Positions 1-8,995 of a stretch of 64,000 bases of DNA are shown here, one piece after another (the first letter of the stretch is position 1; every line of letters starts with the position of its first letter). A model generated the notes under the pieces. The model made no database searches, was not told the origin of the DNA, and saw nothing but the letters and a program-made list of their open reading frames with translations. Origin of the DNA: Sphingorhabdus sp. Its GTDB lineage: Bacteria; Pseudomonadota; Alphaproteobacteria; Sphingomonadales; Sphingomonadaceae. Both the position numbers and the translations under genes were made by a program. Where the stretch lies: positions 45,431-109,430 of the forward strand of contig NZ_JAAVVZ010000008.1 in the NCBI RefSeq assembly GCF_023910635.1, in the 5' to 3' direction.

Positions 1-369
1 CCGCTGAACGTCGGCCTCCGCCCAGCCCATCTGTAGCGCCATCGCCATCAGCCATTTGCCATGACCCTTGCCAGCCAGTTCTGGCACAAGGCCGAAAAAG
101 GCAATCTCGCATTGTCCGGCCTGCCGGAAATCAAGCTCCAATATCCCGACCTCAATTCCGCGTCGGTCTAGAACGGCCCAGATGCGCACCGCAGGGTCGT
201 GGATGATGTGCAACAGGTCGGTGTCGTTAAGCTCAAGCCGGGAGAACCAAAGCCATGGTTCGCCAATTCGGCGATACAGCGTGCGGTACCTATCTGCCGT
301 TGGCGCTTGCCATCGTTCTAACCGCAGCTCCGACGCTGGCAGCGGCCGCAACAGCGGACGGCGCGTCAT
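1..369 (-). CDS. GNAT family N-acetyltransferase (partial, C-terminus outside window)
   Basis: Minus-strand frame is open to the window edge with ATG at 369. Translation MTRRPLLRPLPASELRLERWQ...GILELDFRQAGQCEIAFFGLVPELAGKGHGKWLMAMAL has a GNAT-like acetyl-CoA loop (AGKGHG). Missing from the ORF track because there is no in-window stop. Confidence 0.55.
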   Translation of the reverse strand, partial: MTRRPLLRPLPASELRLERWQAPTADRYRTLYRRIGEPWLWFSRLELNDTDLLHIIHDPAVRIWAVLDRRGIEVGILELDFRQAGQCEIAFFGLVPELAGKGHGKWLMAMALQMGWAEADVQR

Positions 370-432
370 TTCCAACGATGTTACAATGGCGCCAAGTTCG
401 CCATGGGCAATCGGGCTAAATACCATGTGGGT

Positions 433-1290
433 TCAGGTCCATACAACTTCGGGTGGCAGGCTCATCAATATCGCGTCGACATTGCCACCGGTCTTCAATC
501 CAAAGGCCGTGCCACGGTCATATACCAAGTTAAACTCGGCATAGAGGCCACGCCAGCGCAATTGCGTCTGCTTTTCTTCGGCACTGAAAGGTTGGTTCAT
601 GCGGCGGCGGACGAGCTTTGGAAAGATGTCGAGAAAGGCATTGCCGACATCGCGGGTGAACGCGAAATTCTGTTCAAACAATGCGTCGCTCGTGTTTTCG
701 AGATGATCGTAAAATATCCCGCCGACGCCGCGATGGACGTTGCGGTGCGGAATCCAGAAATATTCGTCCGCCCATTTGTGATAACGTTCATACACATCGG
801 GGCCAAAAGGCGCGCAGGCCGCACGGAGGTGCGCGTGGAAGTCGTCCGTGTCTTCCGCATAGGGAATAGGCGGGTTAAGATCGGCACCGCCACCAAACCA
901 GCTTTTCGTTGTAACCAGGTAACGCGTATTCATATGCACCGCTGGCACATGCGGGTTTGCCATGTGCGCGACGAGGCTGATACCCGTCGCGAAAAAACTG
1001 GGGTCTTCGGCAGCACCATGAATGGTTTTGGCAAATTCGGGGTTGAAGCTGCCGCCGACGGTCGACACATTCACGCCGACTTTCTCGAAAACCTTGCCCT
1101 TCATCACCCCGCGGACACCGCCGCCACCGGGGGAGCCATCATGGTCGTTGCGGTCCCATGGGGTATATTCAAACGACGCGTCGGACCCTGCCTCACGCTC
1201 AATCGCTTCAAATGACGCGCAAATGCTGTCGCGAAGCGATTCGAACCATGTCCGCGCGGCCTGTTGGCGTTGATCTAATATCAGGGTCAT
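433..1290 (-). CDS. hemF: oxygen-dependent coproporphyrinogen III oxidase
   Basis: 285 aa ORF with typical HemF blocks (GGGVRGVMKGKVFEKVGVNVS, HMNTRY, GGGADLNP, WADEYFWIPHR, GVGGIFYD). Its start overlaps the trmL stop by 4 nt. Confidence 0.93.
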   Translation of the reverse strand: MTLILDQRQQAARTWFESLRDSICASFEAIEREAGSDASFEYTPWDRNDHDGSPGGGGVRGVMKGKVFEKVGVNVSTVGGSFNPEFAKTIHGAAEDPSFFATGISLVAHMANPHVPAVHMNTRYLVTTKSWFGGGADLNPPIPYAEDTDDFHAHLRAACAPFGPDVYERYHKWADEYFWIPHRNVHRGVGGIFYDHLENTSDALFEQNFAFTRDVGNAFLDIFPKLVRRRMNQPFSAEEKQTQLRWRGLYAEFNLVYDRGTAFGLKTGGNVDAILMSLPPEVVWT

Positions 1291-1748
1291 CTCTCGCCTT
1301 TCGGGAATGAATGGGTCTGCCTAAGACCTTCTGCCAAAGCGATGCCAGCCGATACCGAAATGTTCAAGGATCGAAATCCTGCGGCCATCGGAATGTACAC
1401 GCGCGTGTCGGCACGTGCATGCACATGCGCTGGCGCCCCCTTGCTTTCCGACCCCATGAGAATGATGTCATCGGGACGAAATGCGAATTGTGGAAGCGGG
1501 GTAGACGCCTTGCTGGACATCAAGACGATCCGCGCGCCGTCCAAAGTTTCGAGAAAGGCCGACCAGTCGGCATGACGTTGAAGCTGGACATGTTCCATAT
1601 AATCCATGCCTGAACGTTTCAATGCGCGTTCTGAAAAGGCAAAGCCGCAAGGCTCGATGATATCGCATATGACGCCAAAGCAGGCCGACGTGCGCAAAAC
1701 CGCTCCGACATTTCCGGCCATATCCGGCTGATACAGCGCAATGCGCAT
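1287..1748 (-). CDS. trmL: SpoU/TrmH-family tRNA 2'-O-methyltransferase (TrmL-like)
   Basis: Start chosen at internal ATG 1748 (MRIALYQPDMAGNVGAVLRT...). Has the C-terminal SPOUT knot motif (LMGSESKG ... RSLNISVSAGIAL). The upstream 32 codons of the tracked ORF look like read-through. Confidence 0.8.
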   Translation of the reverse strand: MRIALYQPDMAGNVGAVLRTSACFGVICDIIEPCGFAFSERALKRSGMDYMEHVQLQRHADWSAFLETLDGARIVLMSSKASTPLPQFAFRPDDIILMGSESKGAPAHVHARADTRVYIPMAAGFRSLNISVSAGIALAEGLRQTHSFPKGER

Positions 1749-1850
1749 AACGAACTTCCCCGCTGAAAACTTATAGGGTCCGATTAGCGCGCAACATATG
1801 GCACAGGCAACCGTGCGTATCGGCATAATGAGCTTGTAAGGCAAGAAAAT

Positions 1851-1924
1851 TGGAGCGGGTAAGGGGAATCGAACCCCTCTAGCTAGCTTGGAAGGCTAGT
1901 GCATTACCACTATGCTATACCCGC
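1851..1924 (-). tRNA. tRNA-Gly (anticodon TCC)
   Basis: The reverse complement GCGGGTATAGCATAGTGGTAATGCACTAGCCTTCCAAGCTAGCTAGAGGGGTTCGATTCCCCTTACCCGCTCCA folds as a cloverleaf. Acceptor GCGGGTA/TACCCGC, anticodon stem CTAGC/GCTAG, loop CTTCCAA, T-loop TTCGATT, encoded CCA. Confidence 0.9.
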
Positions 1925-1992
1925 GACGGACCAATTGGCCGTTTGGAGCGCCGCTATTGCCATTATCCGGCCACAGCGTCAACGTCCTCATT

Positions 1993-2021
1993 GAAAAAGA
2001 AAGGGCCGCAAAAGCGGCCCC
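1993..2021 (-). terminator. rho-independent terminator after petC
   Basis: GGGCCGC-AAAA-GCGGCCC hairpin (2003-2020), followed on the minus strand by a T-rich run (TTTCTTTTTC), about 25 nt after the petC stop. Confidence 0.55.
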
Positions 2022-2043
2022 TTCCAAAATCGGTTTCACCCTA

Positions 2044-2907
2044 TCAATGCTTTTTGTCTGCCCAGATAGTTTTGTAGGACATCCACGCAAGCACGGTGAA
2101 GATGATCAGGAAGCCGAGCGCCGCCCAACCTGCGCTCTTGCGGTTTTCCATCTTTGGCTCTGCTGTCCATGCCAAGAATGCAGAAACGTCTCTCGCCATC
2201 TGCTCTTTGGTGGCCTTCGTGCCATCATCATAGGTAACCTGATCATCACCCACAATCGGGCTGGCCATAGCGATGTTCAGATTTGCAAACCATGGGTTGA
2301 AGTGCAGGCCAGGAGGTGTTGCCGCGTCAGGGAATTCCTTCAGCAGCTCTTTGCCTTCTGTATTCTTATAACCCGCTTGATCGCGGTAGCCCATCAACAA
2401 TGAATATACATAGGCCGTGCCATCGGCGCGCGCCTTGGTGATCAGCGAAAGATCGGGCGGAAGCGCATTATTGTTGGCCGCACGTGCGGCAGTTTCGTTC
2501 GCAAATGGCGAAGGAATTTTATCGGCAGGAATGGCAGGGCGCGAGGCCGGCTCACCCGTTTCAGGGTTGATGCTCGGCACTTCGGTTTTCCAAGCCTTGG
2601 CAAGTGCCTTCACCTGGTCTTCATTGTAACCCAATGCCGCGAAATCACGGAAGGCGACAAGTTTTAGGCTGTGGCACGCCGCGCATACTTCGGAATATAC
2701 CTTCAATCCACGCTGTAGCTGGCCACGGTCATACTTGCCGAACGGACCGTCATGCGCAAAGCTGACGGCAAGTGGCGTTTCGTGAAACTCATACTCAGCC
2801 GAGGGCTGTGCAGGTTCCTGAATGGCCTTGATAACCGTATCCCCAAGGCCAATCAAAAGCATGCCGCTGAAAAACAGGCCTACTAAAAAAGCAACTAAAC
2901 GAACCAT
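2044..2907 (-). CDS. petC: cytochrome c1
   Basis: 287 aa with an N-terminal signal/TM, heme-binding CAACHS motif and C-terminal membrane anchor. Last gene of the petA-petB-petC order. Confidence 0.92.
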   Translation of the reverse strand: MVRLVAFLVGLFFSGMLLIGLGDTVIKAIQEPAQPSAEYEFHETPLAVSFAHDGPFGKYDRGQLQRGLKVYSEVCAACHSLKLVAFRDFAALGYNEDQVKALAKAWKTEVPSINPETGEPASRPAIPADKIPSPFANETAARAANNNALPPDLSLITKARADGTAYVYSLLMGYRDQAGYKNTEGKELLKEFPDAATPPGLHFNPWFANLNIAMASPIVGDDQVTYDDGTKATKEQMARDVSAFLAWTAEPKMENRKSAGWAALGFLIIFTVLAWMSYKTIWADKKH

Positions 2908-2925
2908 GATACTGCTTTCCCTGTT

Positions 2926-4221
2926 TTACGCAGCCGCTGTTTCAAGCGGTTTGCCGGTGACGGCTTCGGTGATTGAATTAGGCAGCGGGAGCGGCCGTTC
3001 AATGCGTGAGACTATCGGCAAGATGATCAAGAAGTGGGCGAAATAATATGCCGCTGCAATCTGGCTGAGCACGACCCACTGTGTGTACGGAGGCTTACCA
3101 CCGCAATAGGTCAGGACAATCAAGCTCGGGATCAAGCCAAACCAGAAGAACTTACGGAACAACGGGCGATAGTGACCCGAACGTACTGGTGATGTGTCCA
3201 GCCAAGGCAGGAAGAACAACAGCAAGATCGAACCAAACATCGCCAAAACGCCCATCAGCTTGGCCGGAACGATGATGATACCTGTGAACGGAATACCAAA
3301 ATCGACGGTGAACGCCTTCAAAATCGCGTAGAAGGGTAAGAAATACCATTCAGGCACGATGTGCGCTGGCGTCGAAAGCGGGTTAGCCGGAATATAGTTA
3401 TCTGGGTGACCCAACATATTTGGTGCAAAGAATGTCACTGCAACAAAGAAGATCAAGAAGATGCCAAGCCCGAAGCCGTCCTTTGCGGTGTAATAGGGGT
3501 GGAACGGGACTGTGTCCTGTTCGCCCTTGATGCTAACACCCGTCGGGTTCGATGATCCTGGAATGTGCAATGCCCAAATGTGCAGGATGATGACGCCAGC
3601 AATAACGAATGGCATCAGATAGTGCAGCGAGAAGAAGCGGTTCAGAGCCGCTTGGTCTGGCGCAAAGCCGCCGAGGAGCCATTGACGCAATGGTTCACCT
3701 ACCAACGGAATCGCCGAGAAGAAGCCAGTGATAACCTGCGCCCCCCAGAAGCTCATTTGGCCCCATGGAAGCACATAGCCCATGAACGCAGTAGCCATCA
3801 TCAAAAGGAAGATAGTGACGCCCAGCAGCCAGATCATTTCACGCGGCGCTTTATACGATCCGTAGAAAAGTCCCCGGAAAATGTGAATGTAGACGACGAT
3901 GAAGAAGAAGCTGGCGCCGTTCATATGCGCATAACGCAAGAACCAGCCGGCGTTTACGTCGCGCATGATGTGCTCAACGCTGTTGAATGCGCCGTCGATG
4001 CTTGCATAATAATGCATGGCAAGGACGATGCCGGTTACAATCTGGATAACCAAAGCGACGCCCGCAAGGACACCGAAGTTCCAGAAATAATTCAGGTTAC
4101 GTGGCACGGGATAACCTGCGCCGACTGCGTTATAAACCAGACGCGGCAAGGGCAGGCGTTCATCGACCCACTTACTTACTGTGCCTTGCGGCTTATACTC
4201 TTGTGCCCAAGGGAAGCTCAT
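2926..4221 (-). CDS. petB: cytochrome b
   Basis: 431 aa polytopic protein with canonical cytochrome b blocks ([38 protein letters not shown]). Confidence 0.95.
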   Translation of the reverse strand: MSFPWAQEYKPQGTVSKWVDERLPLPRLVYNAVGAGYPVPRNLNYFWNFGVLAGVALVIQIVTGIVLAMHYYASIDGAFNSVEHIMRDVNAGWFLRYAHMNGASFFFIVVYIHIFRGLFYGSYKAPREMIWLLGVTIFLLMMATAFMGYVLPWGQMSFWGAQVITGFFSAIPLVGEPLRQWLLGGFAPDQAALNRFFSLHYLMPFVIAGVIILHIWALHIPGSSNPTGVSIKGEQDTVPFHPYYTAKDGFGLGIFLIFFVAVTFFAPNMLGHPDNYIPANPLSTPAHIVPEWYFLPFYAILKAFTVDFGIPFTGIIIVPAKLMGVLAMFGSILLLFFLPWLDTSPVRSGHYRPLFRKFFWFGLIPSLIVLTYCGGKPPYTQWVVLSQIAAAYYFAHFLIILPIVSRIERPLPLPNSITEAVTGKPLETAAA

Positions 4222-4235
4222 TACGTTCTAGCTCC

Positions 4236-4904
4236 TCAACCGATTTTAACGACTGTGTCAGAAATGAATGCGAATTCCGGAACGACGAGGTTTGTCGGGG
4301 CTGGGCCCTTCCGGATACGTGCGGCGGTGTCATAATGCGAACCATGGCAAGGGCAGAAATAGCCGCCATATTCACCTTTAACTTCGCCAGCGGCGGCACC
4401 CAAAGGCACGCAGCCCAAATGGGTGCAAACGCCAAGCGTGATGAGCCAGTTTTCCTTGCCCGGTTTCGTACGGTCGGCAAGCGTCTGCGGATCGCGCAAT
4501 GCACCGACATCGACCTTGTTAGCCGCTTCGATTTCAGCAGGCGTGAGGTTGCGGATAAATACAGGCTGTTTGCGCCAGCTGATCTTGACCGCCATGCCGG
4601 GGTCAATTTCAGAGGTGTCGTAATCGATAGAGGCCAAGGCCCGCACGTCAGCGCTTGCGCTCATCTGCGATATGATCGGCATTGCAACGGCGGCAGCGCC
4701 TACGCCAGCGAAGCTAACGGTTGCGATGTGGATGAAGTCGCGGCGGCGAACGCCTGGCGCCTGATCGTTGTTGTCATCGCGCAGGTCTTCCGCAGGAATA
4801 TTGCCCGACGTCGTACTATCCGCATTCAAAGCGGCTGCAACGGCGGTTTTTGGCGCTTTTACCGGTTTTTCCCCGGTGCCATTTGTTTTTTTGACTGTCG
4901 ACAT
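4236..4904 (-). CDS. petA: ubiquinol-cytochrome c reductase Rieske iron-sulfur subunit
   Basis: 222 aa with a Tat-like RRRDFI signal and the Rieske 2Fe-2S boxes CTHLGC and CPCHGS. Confidence 0.95.
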   Translation of the reverse strand: MSTVKKTNGTGEKPVKAPKTAVAAALNADSTTSGNIPAEDLRDDNNDQAPGVRRRDFIHIATVSFAGVGAAAVAMPIISQMSASADVRALASIDYDTSEIDPGMAVKISWRKQPVFIRNLTPAEIEAANKVDVGALRDPQTLADRTKPGKENWLITLGVCTHLGCVPLGAAAGEVKGEYGGYFCPCHGSHYDTAARIRKGPAPTNLVVPEFAFISDTVVKIG

Positions 4905-5188
4905 AATCTGCCCTTTTTGCGTCGCGGAACTGGACCCCGCAATACCGACGAAATCTTTTCACTCCGGCCGCGTCCACCAAAATGGCGCACGGCAGGGGCG
5001 ATTCAGCGGCCACATAGACGTCTTTCCAATCAATTGCCAACAGGCAATTTGGGTACCAATGTAGCAAACGACGCCAGCTTGGTTGCATTTTGCGAAACCA
5101 GCGGAAATTAGGCGCTAACACTTGCTACCGACAACATGTTACGCCTAAAGGGCGCAAATTTTATTCGATTATTGTTGGAGTATGACCC

Positions 5189-6562
5189 ATGGCGACGAAT
5201 TGGACGCCTGAAAGCTGGAGAGACGCAACGGGCATTCACATGCCTGTTTACAAGGATGCTGCCGCGTTGTCGGCCACCGAAAACACGCTGCGTAATTATC
5301 CGCCGCTGGTTTTTGCAGGCGAAGCGCGAAACCTTACTACCGATCTTGCGAAAGTAGCGGAAGGTAAGGCGTTTCTGCTTCAAGGCGGCGACTGCGCCGA
5401 AAGCTTTGCCGAATTTCATCCGAATAACATCCGCGATACTTTCCGCGTGATCTTGCAAATGGCGGTCGTGCTGACCTTCGCGGGCAAGTTACCTGTGGTC
5501 AAACTTGGGCGCATGGCGGGACAATTTGCCAAGCCGCGCTCGACACCAACCGAAACAATAAACGGCGTTGAGCTGCCAAGCTATTTCGGGGACATCATCA
5601 ATGATATTGAATTTGTTGCCGAGGGACGTGAGCCAGACCCGGCGCGTATGATCCGCGCCTATAGCCAGGCGGCATCAACATTGAACCTGCTGCGCGCCTT
5701 TTCCAGCGGTGGTTACGCCAATCTGCAGCAGGTCAACGCCTGGACGCATGATTATATGGGCCGTTCGCCATGGGCACAGAAATATAAAGAAACCGCAGAT
5801 CGTATCAGCGAGGCGCTGGCCTTTATGGAAGCGTGCGGCATTACGCCCGAGACAGTGCCGCAAATTAAGGGAACGAGCTTTTACACCAGCCATGAAGCCT
5901 TGTTGCTGCCTTATGAGCAAGCGATGACTCGTCAGGACAGCCTGACCGGCGGCTGGTATGATACGTCAGCGCATTTCTTGTGGATTGGTGATCGGACGCG
6001 GTTCGAGGGGTCGGCCCATGTCGAATTTTTGCGCGGTATCGGCAACCCCATTGGCGTGAAATGTGGCCCAAGCCTTGAACCCGATGCATTGTTGCGGATG
6101 CTCGATACGCTGAACCCAGCGCGTGAGGCAGGGCGGATCACTTTGATCTCGCGTTACGGCTATGACAAGGTAGAAACTGGGCTCCCGAATTTGGTGCGCG
6201 CCGTGCAACGTGAAGGACATCCCGTCATCTGGTCCTGTGACCCGATGCATGGCAACGTCGTCAAATCAGCTAGCGGATATAAAACGCGCCCGTTTGAACG
6301 TATCTTAGCTGAAGTGCGCGGCTTCTTTGCTGTGCACCGCGCCGAGGGAAGCTTTGGCGGCGGTATCCATATCGAAATGACGGGGCAGAATGTCACCGAG
6401 TGTACTGGCGGGGCAGTTGCCGTGACTGATGAAGGTCTGGCAGATCGGTATCACACACATTGCGACCCACGCCTGAACGCGGCGCAGTCGCTTGAACTGG
6501 CGTTTCTTTTGGCCGAAATGCTGAATCAGGAAATGGCGGAGCGCGCGAAAAAGGCCGCCTAA
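5189..6562 (+). CDS. class II 3-deoxy-7-phosphoheptulonate (DAHP) synthase
   Basis: 457 aa. The N-terminus WTPESWR...PVYKD and blocks [17 protein letters not shown] and KTRPF are typical of plant-like/class II DAHP synthases. Confidence 0.9.
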   Translation: MATNWTPESWRDATGIHMPVYKDAAALSATENTLRNYPPLVFAGEARNLTTDLAKVAEGKAFLLQGGDCAESFAEFHPNNIRDTFRVILQMAVVLTFAGKLPVVKLGRMAGQFAKPRSTPTETINGVELPSYFGDIINDIEFVAEGREPDPARMIRAYSQAASTLNLLRAFSSGGYANLQQVNAWTHDYMGRSPWAQKYKETADRISEALAFMEACGITPETVPQIKGTSFYTSHEALLLPYEQAMTRQDSLTGGWYDTSAHFLWIGDRTRFEGSAHVEFLRGIGNPIGVKCGPSLEPDALLRMLDTLNPAREAGRITLISRYGYDKVETGLPNLVRAVQREGHPVIWSCDPMHGNVVKSASGYKTRPFERILAEVRGFFAVHRAEGSFGGGIHIEMTGQNVTECTGGAVAVTDEGLADRYHTHCDPRLNAAQSLELAFLLAEMLNQEMAERAKKAA

Positions 6563-6575
6563 AGCGGCCTTTTTG
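6547..6575. terminator. bidirectional hairpin terminator between convergent genes
   Basis: GAAAAA-GGCCGC-CTAAA-GCGGCC-TTTTT. An A-run and a T-run flank a 6-bp GC stem that overlaps the DAHP synthase stop codon. The response-regulator gene converges 28 nt away. Confidence 0.6.
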
Positions 6576-6602
6576 TAACGCTCCCGTTTTACTGCTTACT
6601 TC

Positions 6603-7289
6603 TTAATGCGCAGATTCAAGACGGTATCCGTACCCGAAAACCGTGGAAATCCGGAAGCCGTTTTCGGGACGCAAAGCCAACTTCGCCCGCACCCTCGAAA
6701 TGTGCATGTCTAACGTGCGTGTCGCGAGCGATGCCGTCGTCCGCCAAATGGTTTGCATAATATAATGCCGCGACAAGGTCCGGTCTGTGTTTTTGAAAAA
6801 CATTTCCGCCAATTCAAATTCCTTGGCGGTCAAAACGACGGTCTGTCCATGGATTGTAACGCTCTGCTCGAGCCGGTCCATTTTGTAGGCGCCGTATATG
6901 ACTTCAGTATCAAATGCGCCCCCTGCCGCATTGCCGCGCAGCAAAGCGTTGATCCGTGCAGCAATAACATTACGGCTTTCTGGCTTAGTGATGTAATCCT
7001 CAGCGCCGGCATGTAAGGCTTCTGTAATATCGCGCTTGGCAGACCGTTTCGCCATCATGATAACCGGAGGTCGTGTGGACAAAGACTTATTCATCCAAGC
7101 AAGCAGGGACATATTGTCCCCGGCGCGAACATTCCAATCCAAGATGACGAGGTCAAATACTTCCCGCGACAAAATCTCCGTAAAACTATTCTTGTCGGTG
7201 CAACCGACGGCAACATATCCTAAGTCTTCGACTATCTGTTTAAGATAATCGACAACATCCACGCCATAGTCGGCAATAAACACTTTCAT
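6603..7289 (-). CDS. OmpR/PhoB-family response regulator (orphan, atypical receiver)
   Basis: 228 aa. Receiver domain has the phospho-acceptor context LVILDWN and the conserved Lys in DYITKP. C-terminal winged helix: LTAKEFELAEMFF...TLDMHISRVRAKL...GYGYRLE. No sensor kinase gene is adjacent. Confidence 0.85.
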   Translation of the reverse strand: MKVFIADYGVDVVDYLKQIVEDLGYVAVGCTDKNSFTEILSREVFDLVILDWNVRAGDNMSLLAWMNKSLSTRPPVIMMAKRSAKRDITEALHAGAEDYITKPESRNVIAARINALLRGNAAGGAFDTEVIYGAYKMDRLEQSVTIHGQTVVLTAKEFELAEMFFKNTDRTLSRHYIMQTIWRTTASLATRTLDMHISRVRAKLALRPENGFRISTVFGYGYRLESAH

Positions 7290-7368
7290 CCCAGCACCAC
7301 CCCTCAGTAGCCCGCCGGTATCACGGCGATGGGATGTATCTAACGATATATTACTAAGTTACTAGATA

Positions 7369-7410
7369 GTGTAAAAAGTTTTACAAAAATTTACACAATT
7401 TTACAAAAAT
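7369..7410 (-). promoter_or_regulatory. AT-rich phased direct repeats (candidate operator/promoter of the response-regulator gene)
   Basis: The sequence is TGTAAAAAGTT TTACAAAAAT TTACACAATT TTACAAAAAT. TTACA starts at 7381, 7391 and 7401, an exact 10-bp period, 90-120 nt upstream of the regulator start. Confidence 0.35.
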
Positions 7411-7421
7411 TCTGGAAGTGT

Positions 7422-7688
7422 TAGGGTCAGGACCTATTAAATCCACCTTCGCGGTTTGAGGCCATACTGTTCAGTGCGAGGCGGCAAGCGCAGGACTTAG
7501 TGGGTCTAAGTCTAGCTTTGTCAACGTGGCAATGGACAGTATGGGTCAAATCCGAAGGACGCCAAAATGGCTTCGATCTCGAAACAAAATGCCCTTGCAG
7601 GCAGAATGACTGCCTGCGGCGGACATTTTCCTTCGATATCTTTGCCATTTTGACGCCGCGAAGGTGGATTTAATAGGTCCTGACCCTA
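7422..7688. mobile_element. MITE-like element, family 1, long copy (267 bp)
   Basis: About 33-bp terminal inverted repeats TAGGGTCAGGACC(T/A)(A/C)TTAAATCCACCTTCGCGG ... CCGCGAAGGTGGATTTAA(T/G)(A/T)GGTCCTGACCCTA. No plausible coding capacity. Related copies are at 9822-10001 and 13307-13390. Confidence 0.7.
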
Positions 7689-7709
7689 GATGCGCAGTAT
7701 GTGCATAAA

Positions 7710-7784
7710 TGGCTGGGGCGGCAGGGATCGAACCTGCGAATGGCGGCATCAAAAGCCGCTGCCTTACCGCTTGGCGACGCCCCA
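7710..7784 (-). tRNA. tRNA-Gln (anticodon TTG)
   Basis: Reverse complement is TGGGGCGTCGCCAAGCGGTAAGGCAGCGGCTTTTGATGCCGCCATTCGCAGGTTCGATCCCTGCCGCCCCAGCCA. Anticodon stem GCGGC/GCCGC, loop TTTTGAT, T-loop TTCGATC, encoded CCA. Confidence 0.9.
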
Positions 7785-7846
7785 GCAAGCCAGTAATCTG
7801 GCCAAGTCGGGCGGCTTATATCGCGGGAATCTTATTGCGCAACTTC

Positions 7847-8935
7847 TTAATCAATGCGCTGCACCCAGCCATGGGCATCTGCGGCAATTCCGCGTTGGAT
7901 ATCCACAAGTTTTGACCGGATTTGCTGGGTCATCTGCCCCGCACCGCCTGCGCCGATGGTAAAACTGCCCTTTGCGGACTGCACTTTTCCAACTGGCGTG
8001 ACGACCGCAGCCGTTCCGCAGGCGAAGGTTTCGACCAAGCGCCCCGATTCCGCATCGGCCCGCCATTGGTCGATGGCGTAGCGTTCCTCACGCACGTTCA
8101 ACCCTTGCGCGCGCGCCAAAGTCATCACGGAATCGCGGGTGATGCCTTCCAATATTGTACCGTCGGCTGGCGGTGTGATTATCGACCCGTCATCGAACAG
8201 GAAAAACAGGTTCATGCCGCCCAGTTCCTCCACCCAGCGATGTTCGGCTGCGTCGAGAAACACGACTTGGTCGCAACCTTGCTTAATGGCTTCGGATTGT
8301 GCGACGAGGCTGGCGGCATAATTGCCCCCGCATTTTGCCGCGCCCGTGCCGCCGGGTGCCGCGCGCGTATATTGTTCGGATACCCAGATCGAAATTGCGG
8401 GCGCGCCGCTTTTGAAATAATTGCCTGCCGCAGACGCAATGACCATGAACAGATATTCTGCGGATGGCTTCACGCCCAGAAACACTTCGCTCGCGATCAT
8501 GAATGGGCGCAGATAAATGGAGCCGCCGTCAACAGGTGGAAACCAGTCCTTATCGACATCAACCAATTGCTTGCATGCTTGCAGGAACATCTCTTCGGGC
8601 AATTCAGGCATGGCCAAGCGCTTTGCCGAGCGTTGAAAACGGCGGGCATTTTGTTCGGGGCGGAACAAGGCCATCCCGCCGTCGGCAAGGCGATAGGCCT
8701 TAAGCCCTTCAAAAATCTCTTGCGCATAATGTAAAACGGCTGTCGCAGGGTCGAGCGTCAGCGGACCGCGTGGCCCGACCTTTGCGTCATGCCAGCCCTT
8801 GTCGTCCGAATACCGAATCGTCACCATATGGTCGGTGAACACCCGGCCAAAAGCGGGGTCGACCAGCCGAGCCGCGCGTTCGGTAGGATCAACAGGATTC
8901 GGGTTTGCCTCAAAAGGAAATGCGCCAGCGTTCAT
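7847..8935 (-). CDS. ilvE: branched-chain amino acid aminotransferase
   Basis: Class IV aminotransferase blocks are present (FGRVFTDHM, LHYAQEIFEGLKAYR, IYLRPF, AKCGGNYA). Start set at ATG 8935, which is preceded by GAGAG; an upstream ATG at 8947 is also possible. Confidence 0.9.
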   Translation of the reverse strand: MNAGAFPFEANPNPVDPTERAARLVDPAFGRVFTDHMVTIRYSDDKGWHDAKVGPRGPLTLDPATAVLHYAQEIFEGLKAYRLADGGMALFRPEQNARRFQRSAKRLAMPELPEEMFLQACKQLVDVDKDWFPPVDGGSIYLRPFMIASEVFLGVKPSAEYLFMVIASAAGNYFKSGAPAISIWVSEQYTRAAPGGTGAAKCGGNYAASLVAQSEAIKQGCDQVVFLDAAEHRWVEELGGMNLFFLFDDGSIITPPADGTILEGITRDSVMTLARAQGLNVREERYAIDQWRADAESGRLVETFACGTAAVVTPVGKVQSAKGSFTIGAGGAGQMTQQIRSKLVDIQRGIAADAHGWVQRID

Positions 8936-8995
8936 CGATGCTCTCATTCATTAGGGTCTTGCACTGTCCTATGGGCTAGGCCAAGATACGTCAAT

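Noticed and set aside
403-1215. 270-aa plus-strand ORF antisense to hemF
   Set aside because: It lies entirely inside the well-supported hemF frame. The product is Arg/Ala/Val-rich with no motif, which is the typical shadow ORF of a GC-rich gene.
3565-5111. 256-aa and 336-aa plus-strand ORFs antisense to petB and petA
   Set aside because: Both overlap unmistakable cytochrome b and Rieske genes. The translations are low-complexity and Arg-rich, so they are shadow ORFs.
1851-7784. tRNA-Gly and tRNA-Gln as anchors of an integrated island or prophage
   Set aside because: No integrase, no direct repeat of a tRNA 3' end, and housekeeping flanking genes (bc1 complex, DAHP synthase, ilvE). Only the small MITE lies next to tRNA-Gln.
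7427-7788. 73-aa and 80-aa minus-strand ORFs (and small plus-strand ORFs) across the MITE and tRNA-Gln
   Set aside because: They read through the inverted repeats and through a tRNA gene. They have no ribosome-binding site or conservation between MITE copies at the protein level.
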